Of a DNA stretch of 52,549 nt, positions 43,701-51,625 are shown in pieces. Made by a program: the position numbers and the translations under genes. Each line of letters begins with the position of its first letter. Position 1 is the stretch's first letter. Under the pieces are notes generated by a model that was given only the letters and a program-made list of their open reading frames with translations, did no database searches and had not been told where the DNA came from. The stretch spans positions 1-52,549 of the forward strand of contig JAZLCR010000002.1 of assembly GCA_045614345.1 (NCBI GenBank), given 5' to 3'. This stretch comes from Candidatus Onthoplasma sp. (GTDB taxonomy: Bacteria > Bacillota > Clostridia > Christensenellales > UBA1242).

Positions 43701-43919
43701 AAAGATTATCAAGATACAGATGGTAGCAGTTTCATTAAAGTTGTTAATGGATTTAGCGATATAACTCAATTCCAAGGTTCATTCACATTCATTTGTGCTA
43801 AATCAACATTGTTTGGAATTGAACATAAAGCAACAAAAACTTTAACATTCTCAATTGGTGATGTTTGGGAATCAAACAGCGGAATAAGCTTGATGTTCTT
43901 AAATAGTATCCTTGCATAA
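40707..43919 (+). CDS. GLUG-motif surface protein, 1070 aa, N-terminal signal-anchor plus Big_2-like domain
   Basis: The N-terminus MKKFLVFLVSLVVVVCVGLTTYYF has a weak lipobox and is more likely a signal anchor. A GLUG entry element is present (GSQENPYYIFSETDLMKIGSTYRLDSHYSLMNDITL...FNGTFNGNGHTIKAMNL...VGFFSSV). Repeats of YVGGVAANNDGTISN type follow. It is paralogous to both giant genes. Confidence 0.9.
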   Translation: MKKFLVFLVSLVVVVCVGLTTYYFMRNNEIITISMKEIYCNAGDTIPLKSLGIDIKRANVSNKTTFDYNAGGEDVTKFISYDEASSSYVVSRENAGDVTLVIRTSNKKYSDFTISVHIGNGSQENPYYIFSETDLMKIGSTYRLDSHYSLMNDITLTSQFSPIGYNSNTSIWEGFNGTFNGNGHTIKAMNLTDVDSESVGFFSSVGANGVVKNLNITNANISGANKNVGTLAGVMNGEVEKVVVTNSSITSNSSDSRIGALAGRSAGNIKLSYADNIIINACGTEEADLTNVKIGGFVGTIEESTVQACYANNVKINTAHAKALTGGFAGELAIGNNVGSIQQSYANTTCSDDDFAAFVAEINKSADFDAEKSNMLRHLIGNFAVVNGVSNNSEITDNQLVSYFDNTYFKNPMFEDRSVFFEVDSALYLIRGFANASDVISTNEFIYYAVDVNTITNWDTTYVWNVSENSLPVLRMGNIYPAAPSSEYLTRNLKEINAGNKKTFLDIFSSNVDGENIKLSTDVDLTSGWTPVALSNSIIDGDGHTITLSLKTSSNGNLGLFSVIDNCTIKNLNIVVTDVTANVANAGALAGTIMSSDSLTSSLVENVTVTYQGFSSAIIENFGGVVGSAENTIIRNVTVSGLDVGNAIITNAGTIAGVTGATTSISDSTINATIVAVKNAGGVVANNGGTIANIKGSISVNLSSTDTNSYVGGVAANNDGTISNIKELTVSVDVKKYGSTAYVAGIVAINNGTISDVTILGDKVAISTNTTNTAYVGGMVASNNGTISNVVNSIESVGTYYVGAKHYVGGVVAMNNGTISKVVAQSNLNGNYASGVVAYMNNSKATIDQVVVGKYNAETRVLSQNEIKADKYIAGIIVDFKAGTITNVQASSNLIGQTNSTRSSLVALIFPYGANLKNATINSSLTGYGLKYREVWTDFASYTNKAEFGLANGETGDERFNLYKYDTYHGCMQSVVINSAKDGVGSASASMGAAFAWGKDYQDTDGSSFIKVVNGFSDITQFQGSFTFICAKSTLFGIEHKATKTLTFSIGDVWESNSGISLMFLNSILA
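42700..43270 (+). repeat. in-frame tandem coding repeat, period 32-33 codons
   Basis: The identical 18-mer AACAATGGAACAATTTCA occurs at 42954, 43053 and 43149, spaced 99 and 96 nt apart. Diverged copies lie near 42764 and 42856. The encoded repeat is xYVGG(V/M)xAxNNGTISx(V/I). Confidence 0.85.
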
Positions 43920-43924
43920 AAAAC

Positions 43925-43955
43925 AAAAAACGGAAATTCATTTCCGTTTTTTTTG
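43925..43955 (+). terminator. intrinsic terminator of the 1070-aa gene
   Basis: Stem CGGAAA (43931-43936), loop TTCA, TTTCCG (43941-43946), then a T-run of 8. Confidence 0.8.
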
Positions 43956-44000
43956 TTGAAAAGCGCTTTGAATTAGAAGGAAAACAAATTTAATTTTGAG

Positions 44001-44027
44001 AAGAAAAAAGCCTGCAAGGGTGCAGGC
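44001..44027 (-). terminator. intrinsic terminator of spoVG (minus strand)
   Basis: Stem GCCTGCA / TGCAGGC (44010-44016 / 44021-44027) with an A-run at 44003-44009, which reads as a T-run on the minus strand. Confidence 0.7.
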
Positions 44028-44056
44028 AATTTTGACTATTTAAGCGCTTAAGCAAA

Positions 44057-44323
44057 TTATTGATTTGCTTTTTCTTGTTCGTATGCAGCCAAAATAGCAG
44101 AACTGATTTGTTCTCTTGTTTCAGTGTTAAGTGGGTGTACGATATCACGGTACTCGCCACTTGGTGCTTGTTTAGATGGCATTGCAATGAAGTTACCATT
44201 AGTTCCTTCAATGATTTTCACATCGTGAACAACAAATGCGTTGTCAATTGTGAAAGAAGCAACTGCTTTTAACTTGCTATCTTCTTTAGTCACCAATCTG
44301 ATTCTGATGTCTGTAATATTCAA
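44057..44323 (-). CDS. spoVG: SpoVG family regulatory protein
   Basis: MNITDIRIRLV...KLKAVASFTIDNAFVVHDVKIIEG.NG.FIAMPS.....GEYRDIVHPLN.ETRE.I matches the SpoVG consensus over its full length. It has a TTG start and a strong RBS (GGAAGGTG) 7 nt upstream. Confidence 0.9.
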   Translation of the reverse strand: MNITDIRIRLVTKEDSKLKAVASFTIDNAFVVHDVKIIEGTNGNFIAMPSKQAPSGEYRDIVHPLNTETREQISSAILAAYEQEKANQ

Positions 44324-44461
44324 GTCTGTTCACCTTCCCCTTTTAAGATTTACTAGTAACATCTAGTAGCTGTCTATATTTTACATCAAAAATAAGACAA
44401 ATAGCAAATGATTTTTATATGATTTAATGACCTTAATAAAAATTTTATCATAGATAGATAT

Positions 44462-45706
44462 ATGAAATACTTATTAAGATCAGTTTTATTTTTAGGAATA
44501 GGTGGAATCAGCATGCATCAATTGGCAATCGCTCTAAAAAAAATGGGTGTGAAAGTTAGGGGATATGATTTAAAAGAAAGCAAATATACAAAACTTTGTG
44601 AAGAAAAAGGAATCAAAGTTGTTCATAAATTTAATAAAGATTTTTGCAATGTTGATTTATGTGTTAAGACAAGTGCAGTTAAAAATAATAGGTTCATTAA
44701 CTATCTTAAGGACAAAAAAATTCCAATTGTTGATAGATCAGATTTGCTTGGATGGATGTGTTCGAAATTTAAAAATGTTATAGCTGTTGCAGGTACGCAT
44801 GGTAAGAGCACTACGTCTAGTTTGATTTATGAAATTTTAAGGCAAAATGGCGAAAAAGTATCTTGCCATATTGGTGCAGAAGTTAAAAATTCACGCTTTA
44901 AAATTGGTGATGATTATCTTGTTGTGGAAGCTTGTGAATATAATAAAAGTTTCTTAAAATTAAAACCTAACATTTCGGTTGTCACAAATATTGAATGCGA
45001 GCATATGGATAGTTATGGGTCGTTGTTTAATCTCAGAAGTGCATTTCTATCTTTTTTAAAGAAAGCAAAAAAAAGATTTGTTTACTTTGAAAAAAGCACT
45101 AAATTTTTAAGACGATATAACAATATAAACTTTGTCGAAAACCTAAATTTGAATATTAATCCAAAAATTAAAGGGGAATATAATTTAAAAAATATAGCGG
45201 TGGCAGCAGCTGTTTGTAAAGAGTTGGGTGTGGATGACAAAACAATAATCAGCGCAATCAATAATTTTGAAGGTGTTCCAAGGAGATGTGAGCTAATTGG
45301 AGAATATCAAAATAGTAAAATTTATATTGACTATGCACACCACCCCACAGAAATAAAAGCTTTTTTAAATATGTTTAAAGAAGAGAATAAAAAAATGCAA
45401 GTAATTTTTCAACCGCACACGTATTCAAGAACAAAGACTTTTTTAAAAGAGTTTGTTGACACATTTAAAAATGTTGAAAATCTTGTAATCTACAAGGAAT
45501 ATTCAGCCAGGGAAAAGCTAACGGAAGGATTGACTGCCAAACAACTTTATTTTGAAATAAAAAAATATAACACCAATGTTAAATATGCCGAGAGTGTTAG
45601 AGATGTGGAAAAGTTGCTCCATAAAAATATGGCAATTTCATTTGTTGGGGCTGGTGATATAAATTTGGTGGCAGAACAAATAGTTGGAATTCACACTACT
45701 AACTAA
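44462..45706 (+). CDS. murC: UDP-N-acetylmuramate--L-alanine ligase
   Basis: N-terminal Rossmann motif FLGIGGISMHQLA, Mur ligase P-loop AVAGTHGKSTTSS, and the C-terminal motif DYAHHPTEI. The 414-aa length fits. The RBS is weak. Confidence 0.88.
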   Translation: MKYLLRSVLFLGIGGISMHQLAIALKKMGVKVRGYDLKESKYTKLCEEKGIKVVHKFNKDFCNVDLCVKTSAVKNNRFINYLKDKKIPIVDRSDLLGWMCSKFKNVIAVAGTHGKSTTSSLIYEILRQNGEKVSCHIGAEVKNSRFKIGDDYLVVEACEYNKSFLKLKPNISVVTNIECEHMDSYGSLFNLRSAFLSFLKKAKKRFVYFEKSTKFLRRYNNINFVENLNLNINPKIKGEYNLKNIAVAAAVCKELGVDDKTIISAINNFEGVPRRCELIGEYQNSKIYIDYAHHPTEIKAFLNMFKEENKKMQVIFQPHTYSRTKTFLKEFVDTFKNVENLVIYKEYSAREKLTEGLTAKQLYFEIKKYNTNVKYAESVRDVEKLLHKNMAISFVGAGDINLVAEQIVGIHTTN

Positions 45707-45964
45707 ACGGATTTTCCAAATGTCTTTAACAAGGTTAAGGTCCTCTGAGAAGAAAATGAAGTGTCCCGAATGTGATAAAGAAACAAACCGATGCAAATGT
45801 TTGTAAGTTTACGAGTAAACTGACTAAAGTGTAATTTCCACTTCGTTTGTTCGGGAAATAAATTTTCACTTAAATAAAAAAAGAATATTATTAAAAGTTA
45901 TCTAAATTTAAATATTTTTTACAAACAACTTAATCAAACATGGAAAACATTTTTAAAAAAATGG

Positions 45965-45993
45965 TTGACAAAAGCACTTTTAGGGGTTATAAT
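45965..45993 (+). promoter_or_regulatory. consensus sigma-70 promoter upstream of rpmE
   Basis: -35 TTGACA (45965-45970), exactly 17-nt spacer, -10 TATAAT (45988-45993). Confidence 0.6.
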
Positions 45994-46081
45994 CATTTCG
46001 CTAAAGAAAAAATAGAGCAAATAACAATATGGACGATTTGTTGGAATGGAACAAGTTTGTGTATTGAAAAAAGGAGCAACT

Positions 46082-46297
46082 ATGAAGAAAGAAATTCAAC
46101 CTAACTATGTGGAAGTGAAATTTGTTTGTGCTTGTGGATCAGAATTCGCTGGAAAAACTTCAAAACCAGGTGTTAAAGTTAACGATATTGTTAAACTTGA
46201 AGTTTGTGATAAATGTCATCCATTCTTCACAGGTCAACAAAAACTTGTGGACACTGAAGGTCGTGTTGACAAATTCAATAAAAAACACAACAGATAG
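46082..46297 (+). CDS. rpmE: 50S ribosomal protein L31 (Cys-containing, zinc-ribbon type)
   Basis: MKKEIQPNYVEVKFVCACGSEF...LEVCDKCHPFFTGQQKLVDTEGRVDKFNKK. I chose the ATG at 46082, preceded by the RBS AAAGGAG, rather than the track start at 46046. Confidence 0.9.
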   Translation: MKKEIQPNYVEVKFVCACGSEFAGKTSKPGVKVNDIVKLEVCDKCHPFFTGQQKLVDTEGRVDKFNKKHNR

Positions 46298-46305
46298 CAA
46301 TTTTT

Positions 46306-46347
46306 ACGTGTTTCTTTTTTGCATGGAAAAGAGGCACGTTTTTTTTG
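46306..46347 (+). terminator. intrinsic terminator after rpmE
   Basis: Long stem ACGTGTTTCTTTT / AAAAGAGGCACGT (46306-46318 / 46327-46339) followed by a T-run. Confidence 0.7.
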
Positions 46348-46383
46348 TGTAAAAAACAGGGGATAAGAGAATAATTAAACATT

Positions 46384-47205
46384 ATGATTACAAAATTATT
46401 TGATTTAAGAAAAAAATTAAAAAATGAATTCGAATCTTTGGAGATAGAAACAGAAGATGTGGATTTTATTATATCCGAAGTTTTGAATGTTAAAAGAACA
46501 GATTTGGTTTTAATTGATGAAATTACAGTTGAGCAAGAAGCTCAAATTCAGAATTTTTGTCAGATGAGAAAAAACAAAATTCCTGTGGATAAAATTTTTA
46601 AAAAAGCGTATTTTTATGGATTGGAGTTTAAGGTTGATGAAAATGTTTTATCTCCACGTCCGGAAAGTGAACTGCTTGTTGAAATGGCATTAAAGTATAT
46701 AAAACAAAATAAATATCAAACATGTTTAGATTTGTGCACAGGTAGTGGATGTCTTGCGATTGCAACAAAATTAAATAGCCAAATAAAGATGACCGCGACA
46801 GATATCTCAACAAAAGCATTAAACATTGCAAAACAAAATGCTAAAAAACATAACGCTGAAATTGATTTTGTTCACTCAGATATGTTTGAAAAAATTGAAG
46901 GCCGATTTGATTTGATAATTTCTAATCCACCATATATTGATAGCGATGAAGTGAAAGAGTTGGATCTTGAGGTGATAAACAATGATCCGCACATTGCTCT
47001 TGATGGTGGTGAGATGGGATTAAAATTCTATAACATCATTCATAACAATTTAAGAAAATATTTAAATGATAATGGAATGATTGTTATGGAAATTGGCGAA
47101 GACCAAAAAGATTTAATAATGGCATTATTCAATGATTTTAATTTGGTTGAGAGTTTAAAAGATTTGTCGGGAAATGACAGGGTTCTAATATTTAGTAAAC
47201 ATTAG
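46384..47205 (+). CDS. prmC: peptide chain release factor N5-glutamine methyltransferase
   Basis: SAM-binding motif LDLCTGSGCLAI and the catalytic NPPY motif (ISNPPYI). HemK/PrmC-type length, and it lies adjacent to prfA. Confidence 0.88.
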   Translation: MITKLFDLRKKLKNEFESLEIETEDVDFIISEVLNVKRTDLVLIDEITVEQEAQIQNFCQMRKNKIPVDKIFKKAYFYGLEFKVDENVLSPRPESELLVEMALKYIKQNKYQTCLDLCTGSGCLAIATKLNSQIKMTATDISTKALNIAKQNAKKHNAEIDFVHSDMFEKIEGRFDLIISNPPYIDSDEVKELDLEVINNDPHIALDGGEMGLKFYNIIHNNLRKYLNDNGMIVMEIGEDQKDLIMALFNDFNLVESLKDLSGNDRVLIFSKH

Positions 47206-47254
47206 TTTGTTTTTGAAAGCTTAAATTTATATTTTAAAATTAAAAGGAGTTACT

Positions 47255-48328
47255 ATGATTGAAAAGTTAAAAGCAATAAAAGAAAAGTTTGATGCATTAA
47301 CAGCTGATATTGCAAATCCAGAAATTATTGCAGATATGAAAATTTGGCAAGCAAAAGTTAAAGAGCATGCAAATTTAACTGAGCTTATGGAAGAATATGA
47401 TAACTATGTTAAGATGAAAACTGACTTTGACGATGCTGAACAGCTTCTTGAAAGTGAAACTGATGCAGACATGCGTGAAATGCTTAAAGAAGAACAACAA
47501 ACTTTGCGTGAACAATTGGCAGAGAGTGAAGAGAGATTAAAATTGCTTCTTCTTCCAAAAGATGAAAATGACACAAAAAATGTAATCCTTGAAATCCGTG
47601 GCGGTGCTGGCGGGGAAGAAAGTTCATTGTTTGCTCATTCACTTTTAAGAATGTATCAAATGTATTGTGATAGTCACAAGTTTAAAATGGAAATTTTGAA
47701 TCTAGAAGAAACAGAGCTTGGTGGTGTTAAAGAGGTTCAAGCATTAATTAAAGGAAAGAATGCGTATGCAACTTTCAAGTTTGAATCGGGTGTTCACAGA
47801 GTTCAACGTGTTCCAGAAACAGAAAGTCAAGGTAGAGTTCATACCTCAACTTCAACAGTTGCAATTTTGCCAGAAATGGAAGATGCTGATGTTGAAATAA
47901 ACGAAAAAGATATTCGTATTGACTTGTTTAGATCAAGTGGCGCTGGTGGTCAAAAAGTTAACAAAACAGAAAGTGCAATTCGTATCACTCACTTCCCAAC
48001 TGGAATTGTTGTAAGCTGTCAAGATGAAAGAAGCCAAACTCAAAATAAAGAAAAGGCATTTGCAATGCTTAGATCAAAATTGTATGATCACTATCAACAA
48101 CAAAAAGAAGCTGAATATTCTCAAAATCGTAAAAATCAAGTTGGAACTGGTGATCGAAGTGAAAGAATTAGAACTTATAATTTCCCTCAAGGTCGTGTGA
48201 CTGATCATAGAATCGGTTTGAGTTTATATAACATCGATTCATTTATGAATGGAAATATCGATGAAATGCTTGAGGCGTTAACTCTTGCTGATCAACAAGC
48301 AAAATTAGCATCTCAAAGCGAGGAATAA
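47255..48328 (+). CDS. prfA: peptide chain release factor 1
   Basis: GGQ motif (SSGAGGQKVNKTES) and an RF1-type PxT tripeptide (RVPETESQGRVHTS). RBS AAGGAG upstream. Confidence 0.93.
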   Translation: MIEKLKAIKEKFDALTADIANPEIIADMKIWQAKVKEHANLTELMEEYDNYVKMKTDFDDAEQLLESETDADMREMLKEEQQTLREQLAESEERLKLLLLPKDENDTKNVILEIRGGAGGEESSLFAHSLLRMYQMYCDSHKFKMEILNLEETELGGVKEVQALIKGKNAYATFKFESGVHRVQRVPETESQGRVHTSTSTVAILPEMEDADVEINEKDIRIDLFRSSGAGGQKVNKTESAIRITHFPTGIVVSCQDERSQTQNKEKAFAMLRSKLYDHYQQQKEAEYSQNRKNQVGTGDRSERIRTYNFPQGRVTDHRIGLSLYNIDSFMNGNIDEMLEALTLADQQAKLASQSEE

Positions 48329-48352
48329 GACAGAGTTATTTCTGTCTTTTTT
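48327..48352 (+). terminator. intrinsic terminator after prfA
   Basis: Stem AAGACAGA / TCTGTCTT with a 6-nt loop, then TTTT. Confidence 0.75.
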
Positions 48353-48425
48353 GTTGCTATAAAACTTTTTTTGTGATAAAATCTTAATAATAAAAAATAA
48401 ATTCTTAAAGCAAAGGAGGACAATT

Positions 48426-50033
48426 ATGGCACAATATTTGAAACCGGATTGTGAATTAGGTTATGTTGAAGATACTGCTCAAATTGAAAATTTAAAATTT
48501 AACAATTTAAGACACTCTGTTTTAGGCTGTATGTTGGGAGATTTCAACGAGGTTGGGAATTATGTTGTTTCACCAGAAATTGTTAAAGAACTTATCGCAA
48601 TGGAAAAATATATAGTTCAAACATATGATAACATTGAACTTTGCAAAAGCAATTTAAAGATTGATAAACAAATTTCATTTATGGTAACCTTTGAGGGTAA
48701 CCGTGCAATACTTTCACTAGTTGAAAAAATGAACTATGAGGGAAACTTCAAAATTAATAGTGGGACCTATAGTAACATCAATGAATATGTTTTGGATGTT
48801 GTTGAAACAAACGGAGATATAAATCGTAACGTTGTTTATGCGCGATGGAACATTTCGCCATTTGGTGGAAATGTTGTGGATATCTTTAATTGTGATGATT
48901 CTGTTTTGGAAAAGTATTTTGGAATTGTTAATCGTTTTAAATATCTTTTAAAAGCAAATAAACTTCTTTTAATCAAAGAAGAAGAGATGGAAGAAATTGA
49001 ATCTTCTTATTCAAATGAAATTTTTACAATTCTTAAACATCATCCGAAATTGCAAAAAGCCGTTATTGAAACAGTTAAACAAACACTAACAGAGAAGAAA
49101 GATGCCATTAACCCTAAGAAACCTTTCTTTACTAAAACATTTAATGAAGTGTTGGAACATGCAATTGAAAAGAACAAAGATGTGTTGGGAAGTGAAGAAA
49201 CTCAAGAGTTTGAAAAAGAAAAACATAATGCCGTTATGAATCTAAACATCAAGCGTGATGCTGTTTTTGAAATATCTCACGAAAAGGATGAAAATGTTCA
49301 AGGGGATAAAGTTTCTCCAGCAGTATTAAGATTTAAACCATTGGAAGAAAATCAAAATAAATCTGTTAATGAAGTTGCAGAAGAATTTGTTGCTTCATTT
49401 AAAACTGAAGTTCAAAGAATTGCAATGAACAATGTTGATAAAAAATCAGAAAAAGGCAAATTGTTTGCAGTTTTAGCGGCAGCTGAAATTGAGGGTTTTA
49501 TTGACAAAACCGAAAATGAAAACAAAACGCAAATAGCCACAGTTGCTCCTACAACATCAAAACCTGAACAGAACGCTGTGAAAAAAGTTGAAAATAAACC
49601 TGTAGCAAACAATGTGGGAAGATCTACAACGGGAAATAAAAGCGGGGGAGGACAATCTACCGCCAAAAAAGTAACAGGACAAAGGCCGGCACAACAACCT
49701 ACCAATAATACGGCAGGAGAAAAACCTAAAAAAGAAACAGGCAAACCAACAACAGAAACATTAACAATTGGAAGAGCAATGCCTTTAAATGATGCGCTCA
49801 CTACTGAAAATAAAGTGATGGTTGGTGGCCAGGCTGTTGAGATGTCTATTTTGGAAGTTGCGATGCAGGCGCGTCAAAACGCTGAAAGGATGATGGCAGA
49901 GGGAGTTAATAAACATGCAACAACAGTTGTTGGAACTGCAAAGACTTTGGAAACACAAACAAAGAATATTGAATCTAAAAAGGTTTCGGCGACAGCTGAG
50001 CGTATTATTGCGGAAAGCGTTGAATCCTTGTAA
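48426..50033 (+). CDS. hypothetical protein, 535 aa: globular N-domain, charged helical middle, Pro/Thr/Lys/Asn/Gly-rich low-complexity segment, helical C-terminus
   Basis: Strong RBS AAAGGAGG upstream. The ORF is intact and bounded by terminators. I recognise no family motif. Confidence 0.72.
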   Translation: MAQYLKPDCELGYVEDTAQIENLKFNNLRHSVLGCMLGDFNEVGNYVVSPEIVKELIAMEKYIVQTYDNIELCKSNLKIDKQISFMVTFEGNRAILSLVEKMNYEGNFKINSGTYSNINEYVLDVVETNGDINRNVVYARWNISPFGGNVVDIFNCDDSVLEKYFGIVNRFKYLLKANKLLLIKEEEMEEIESSYSNEIFTILKHHPKLQKAVIETVKQTLTEKKDAINPKKPFFTKTFNEVLEHAIEKNKDVLGSEETQEFEKEKHNAVMNLNIKRDAVFEISHEKDENVQGDKVSPAVLRFKPLEENQNKSVNEVAEEFVASFKTEVQRIAMNNVDKKSEKGKLFAVLAAAEIEGFIDKTENENKTQIATVAPTTSKPEQNAVKKVENKPVANNVGRSTTGNKSGGGQSTAKKVTGQRPAQQPTNNTAGEKPKKETGKPTTETLTIGRAMPLNDALTTENKVMVGGQAVEMSILEVAMQARQNAERMMAEGVNKHATTVVGTAKTLETQTKNIESKKVSATAERIIAESVESL

Positions 50034-50051
50034 GTTTATAAAATGAAAAAT

Positions 50052-50081
50052 AAAAAAAGCAAATTAAATTTGCTTTTTTTT
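50052..50081. terminator. bidirectional intrinsic terminator between convergent genes
   Basis: A-run, then stem GCAAAT / ATTTGC (50059-50064 / 50068-50073), then a T-run. Confidence 0.7.
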
Positions 50082-50544
50082 AAACTCCAGATGTATTGTT
50101 AAGAGGTTTATTTAAAACATTTTCTTTCAAGAAAGCCACAATAGAGTTACATATTTTTATATTGCTTGCTGCTGTGTAAGTATAAGAATCAGTTGCATCC
50201 AAAATATCTCTTTCGTATTTTACAAGTTCCCAGTTTTCTTTTAATAAGCTTTCATAAAGTTCTAGAATAGGAAGTACTCTAAAAGATGTTCCGGTTGTTC
50301 TTGATTCTGACAACAATTGAACTAAGTAACTGATATCTGCTTGAGATGTATTGCAAAGAGTGTTCAACATTTCAAATTTAGGAGCGTTTTCTTTTATGCC
50401 TATATGTGTGAAAATGCTTGTTAAAACAAATTCAATATATTCTTCACGAGTTTTATTATCTGACACAACTTTAAATTTTTCAAGTTTAATTGGATCTGCT
50501 AGAATATTTTCAATAGCATTTGTTGTAACCTCTGTTTTTGCCAT
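50080..50544 (-). CDS. hypothetical protein, 154 aa
   Basis: Intact ORF with an RBS (AAAGGAGAAAAAC on the minus strand) upstream of the ATG. No recognised motif. Confidence 0.62.
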   Translation of the reverse strand: MAKTEVTTNAIENILADPIKLEKFKVVSDNKTREEYIEFVLTSIFTHIGIKENAPKFEMLNTLCNTSQADISYLVQLLSESRTTGTSFRVLPILELYESLLKENWELVKYERDILDATDSYTYTAASNIKICNSIVAFLKENVLNKPLNNTSGV

Positions 50545-50644
50545 TTGTTTTTCTCCTTTTTAAGACTAGGTTTTAATATTTCTAATTCATCGACATTTTA
50601 ACACACATGTTTTAATTTGTAAATACCTTTTTGTAAAATTTTTA

Positions 50645-50974
50645 CTAATTTTCAAAGTCTTTAATGTCATATGTTTTGTTCATAACCTTAAGTATTGTTT
50701 TAAAACTATCATCGTCTGCTGATTTATTATTATGATCAATTCCGCATTTTTGACACTTATATTTAATAATGTAACCTTTTTTGTTGCTCACTTCAACATC
50801 AACAGGAACGAGTGTTCCAAGGCAGTGGTTTGCTCTATCACCAGGGTTTATATCAACATGAATTGAGCATAAACATTTTGTGCAATGATCACGAGAAGAA
50901 TATTTAAGTGTTGGAACAAGTTTGCCACAAACACGACAAACAAATTCATTATCGTTCTTTTCAAATGTTTTCAT
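50645..50974 (-). CDS. RNHCP-domain zinc-ribbon protein
   Basis: FVCRVCG...SSRDHCTKCLCSIHVDINPGDRANHC.GTL.PV...YKCQKCG....KSADDD matches the RNHCP-domain pattern as I recall it (CxxC ... R[ND]HC.xCL.S.HVD..PGDR ... CxxCG ... DD). Confidence 0.78.
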   Translation of the reverse strand: MKTFEKNDNEFVCRVCGKLVPTLKYSSRDHCTKCLCSIHVDINPGDRANHCLGTLVPVDVEVSNKKGYIIKYKCQKCGIDHNNKSADDDSFKTILKVMNKTYDIKDFEN

Positions 50975-51034
50975 GCTTAAATTATATCATGCATTTATTG
51001 TTTTGTAAAGTTTTATAAGTTTTAAATATGCCAA

Positions 51035-51064
51035 ATAAAAAAACCGCGCAGTGCGGTTTTTGTT
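51035..51064 (-). terminator. intrinsic terminator after the 137-aa gene (minus strand)
   Basis: Stem ACCGC / GCGGT (51043-51047 / 51053-51057), flanked by A and T runs. Confidence 0.65.
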
Positions 51065-51066
51065 TG

Positions 51067-51480
51067 TTATAAAGTGTTTTCATTTTGTAAATCTGCTTTA
51101 AGATTTTCTTGAAATTTAATAAGTGCTCTTACTTTAGTTAAATCTTGATTAAGAGTTTGAATTTTTTCTTCTAAATAATTAGCCAATTCTTCAGCATATT
51201 CAGAACCAAGACAATCAATCATAAAATTATAGAATTTTGAATCAGAGTGAATTTTTCCTGTTAATTCAAAATCTGTTATAGTCAATTCTGATTCTCTGCA
51301 ATGTAAATATGCGTTGGTTTTGTTGTAATGATATTTAACTTTGATGCAAGTTTCTTTTCTTTTTGGATCTTCCATTTTGCTAAATTTTTCATTGTCTGTT
51401 AATATCAATTTTGTCAATTCTTCAATTTGTTCGTCTGTTAATTGGTTAACCCAATATCCTACTGGATGTTTTTGTTCCAT
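51067..51480 (-). CDS. hypothetical protein, 137 aa, C-terminal coiled-coil-like
   Basis: Intact ORF with the RBS AAGGAAGGAG upstream on the minus strand. No recognised motif. Confidence 0.62.
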   Translation of the reverse strand: MEQKHPVGYWVNQLTDEQIEELTKLILTDNEKFSKMEDPKRKETCIKVKYHYNKTNAYLHCRESELTITDFELTGKIHSDSKFYNFMIDCLGSEYAEELANYLEEKIQTLNQDLTKVRALIKFQENLKADLQNENTL

Positions 51481-51578
51481 AAATATCTCCTTCCTTTTTT
51501 AACTAAAATTAAAATACCACATTATTTACATATTGTCAAGGTTGATATGTAAAAAAACATTTTTAATAAAAACTTTTC

Positions 51579-51606
51579 TTGACAAATTTAAAAATTGTGT
51601 TAAGAT
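51579..51606 (+). promoter_or_regulatory. sigma-70 promoter of the 227-aa gene
   Basis: -35 TTGACA (51579-51584), 16-nt spacer, extended -10 TGtTAAGAT (51598-51606). Confidence 0.55.
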
Positions 51607-51625
51607 GCTCATGATAAGGTGAATT

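Noticed and set aside
2302-43919. Genomic island or mobile element carrying the giant adhesin genes.
   Set aside because: I found no integrase, transposase, tRNA attachment site or flanking direct repeats. The genes are interleaved with core genes of the same composition.
18822-44323. Sporulation locus, suggested by the presence of spoIIID and spoVG.
   Set aside because: No other sporulation genes are in the window, and SpoVG is widespread in non-sporulating bacteria. Two isolated regulators do not define a sporulation cluster.
44598-44783. 61-aa plus-strand ORF inside murC, and the 43990-44272 ORFs overlapping spoVG.
   Set aside because: These are alternative frames or strands of well-supported conserved genes, and they have no independent signals.
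45730-45775. AAGGUUAAGGUCCUCUGAGAAG as a possible SRP RNA helix-8 motif (AGGUCAGGUCCGGAAGGAAGCAGC).
   Set aside because: The GNRA tetraloop and the closing base pairs are not reproduced, and the 3' GGAAGCAGC side is absent. The resemblance is limited to GGUCC.
46046-46352. Extended rpmE start at 46046 and the overlapping 76-aa ORF at 46122-46352.
   Set aside because: L31 homologues begin MKK.IHP/QPNY, and the ATG at 46082 has an AAAGGAG RBS. The +2-frame ORF runs through the rpmE terminator hairpin and is spurious.
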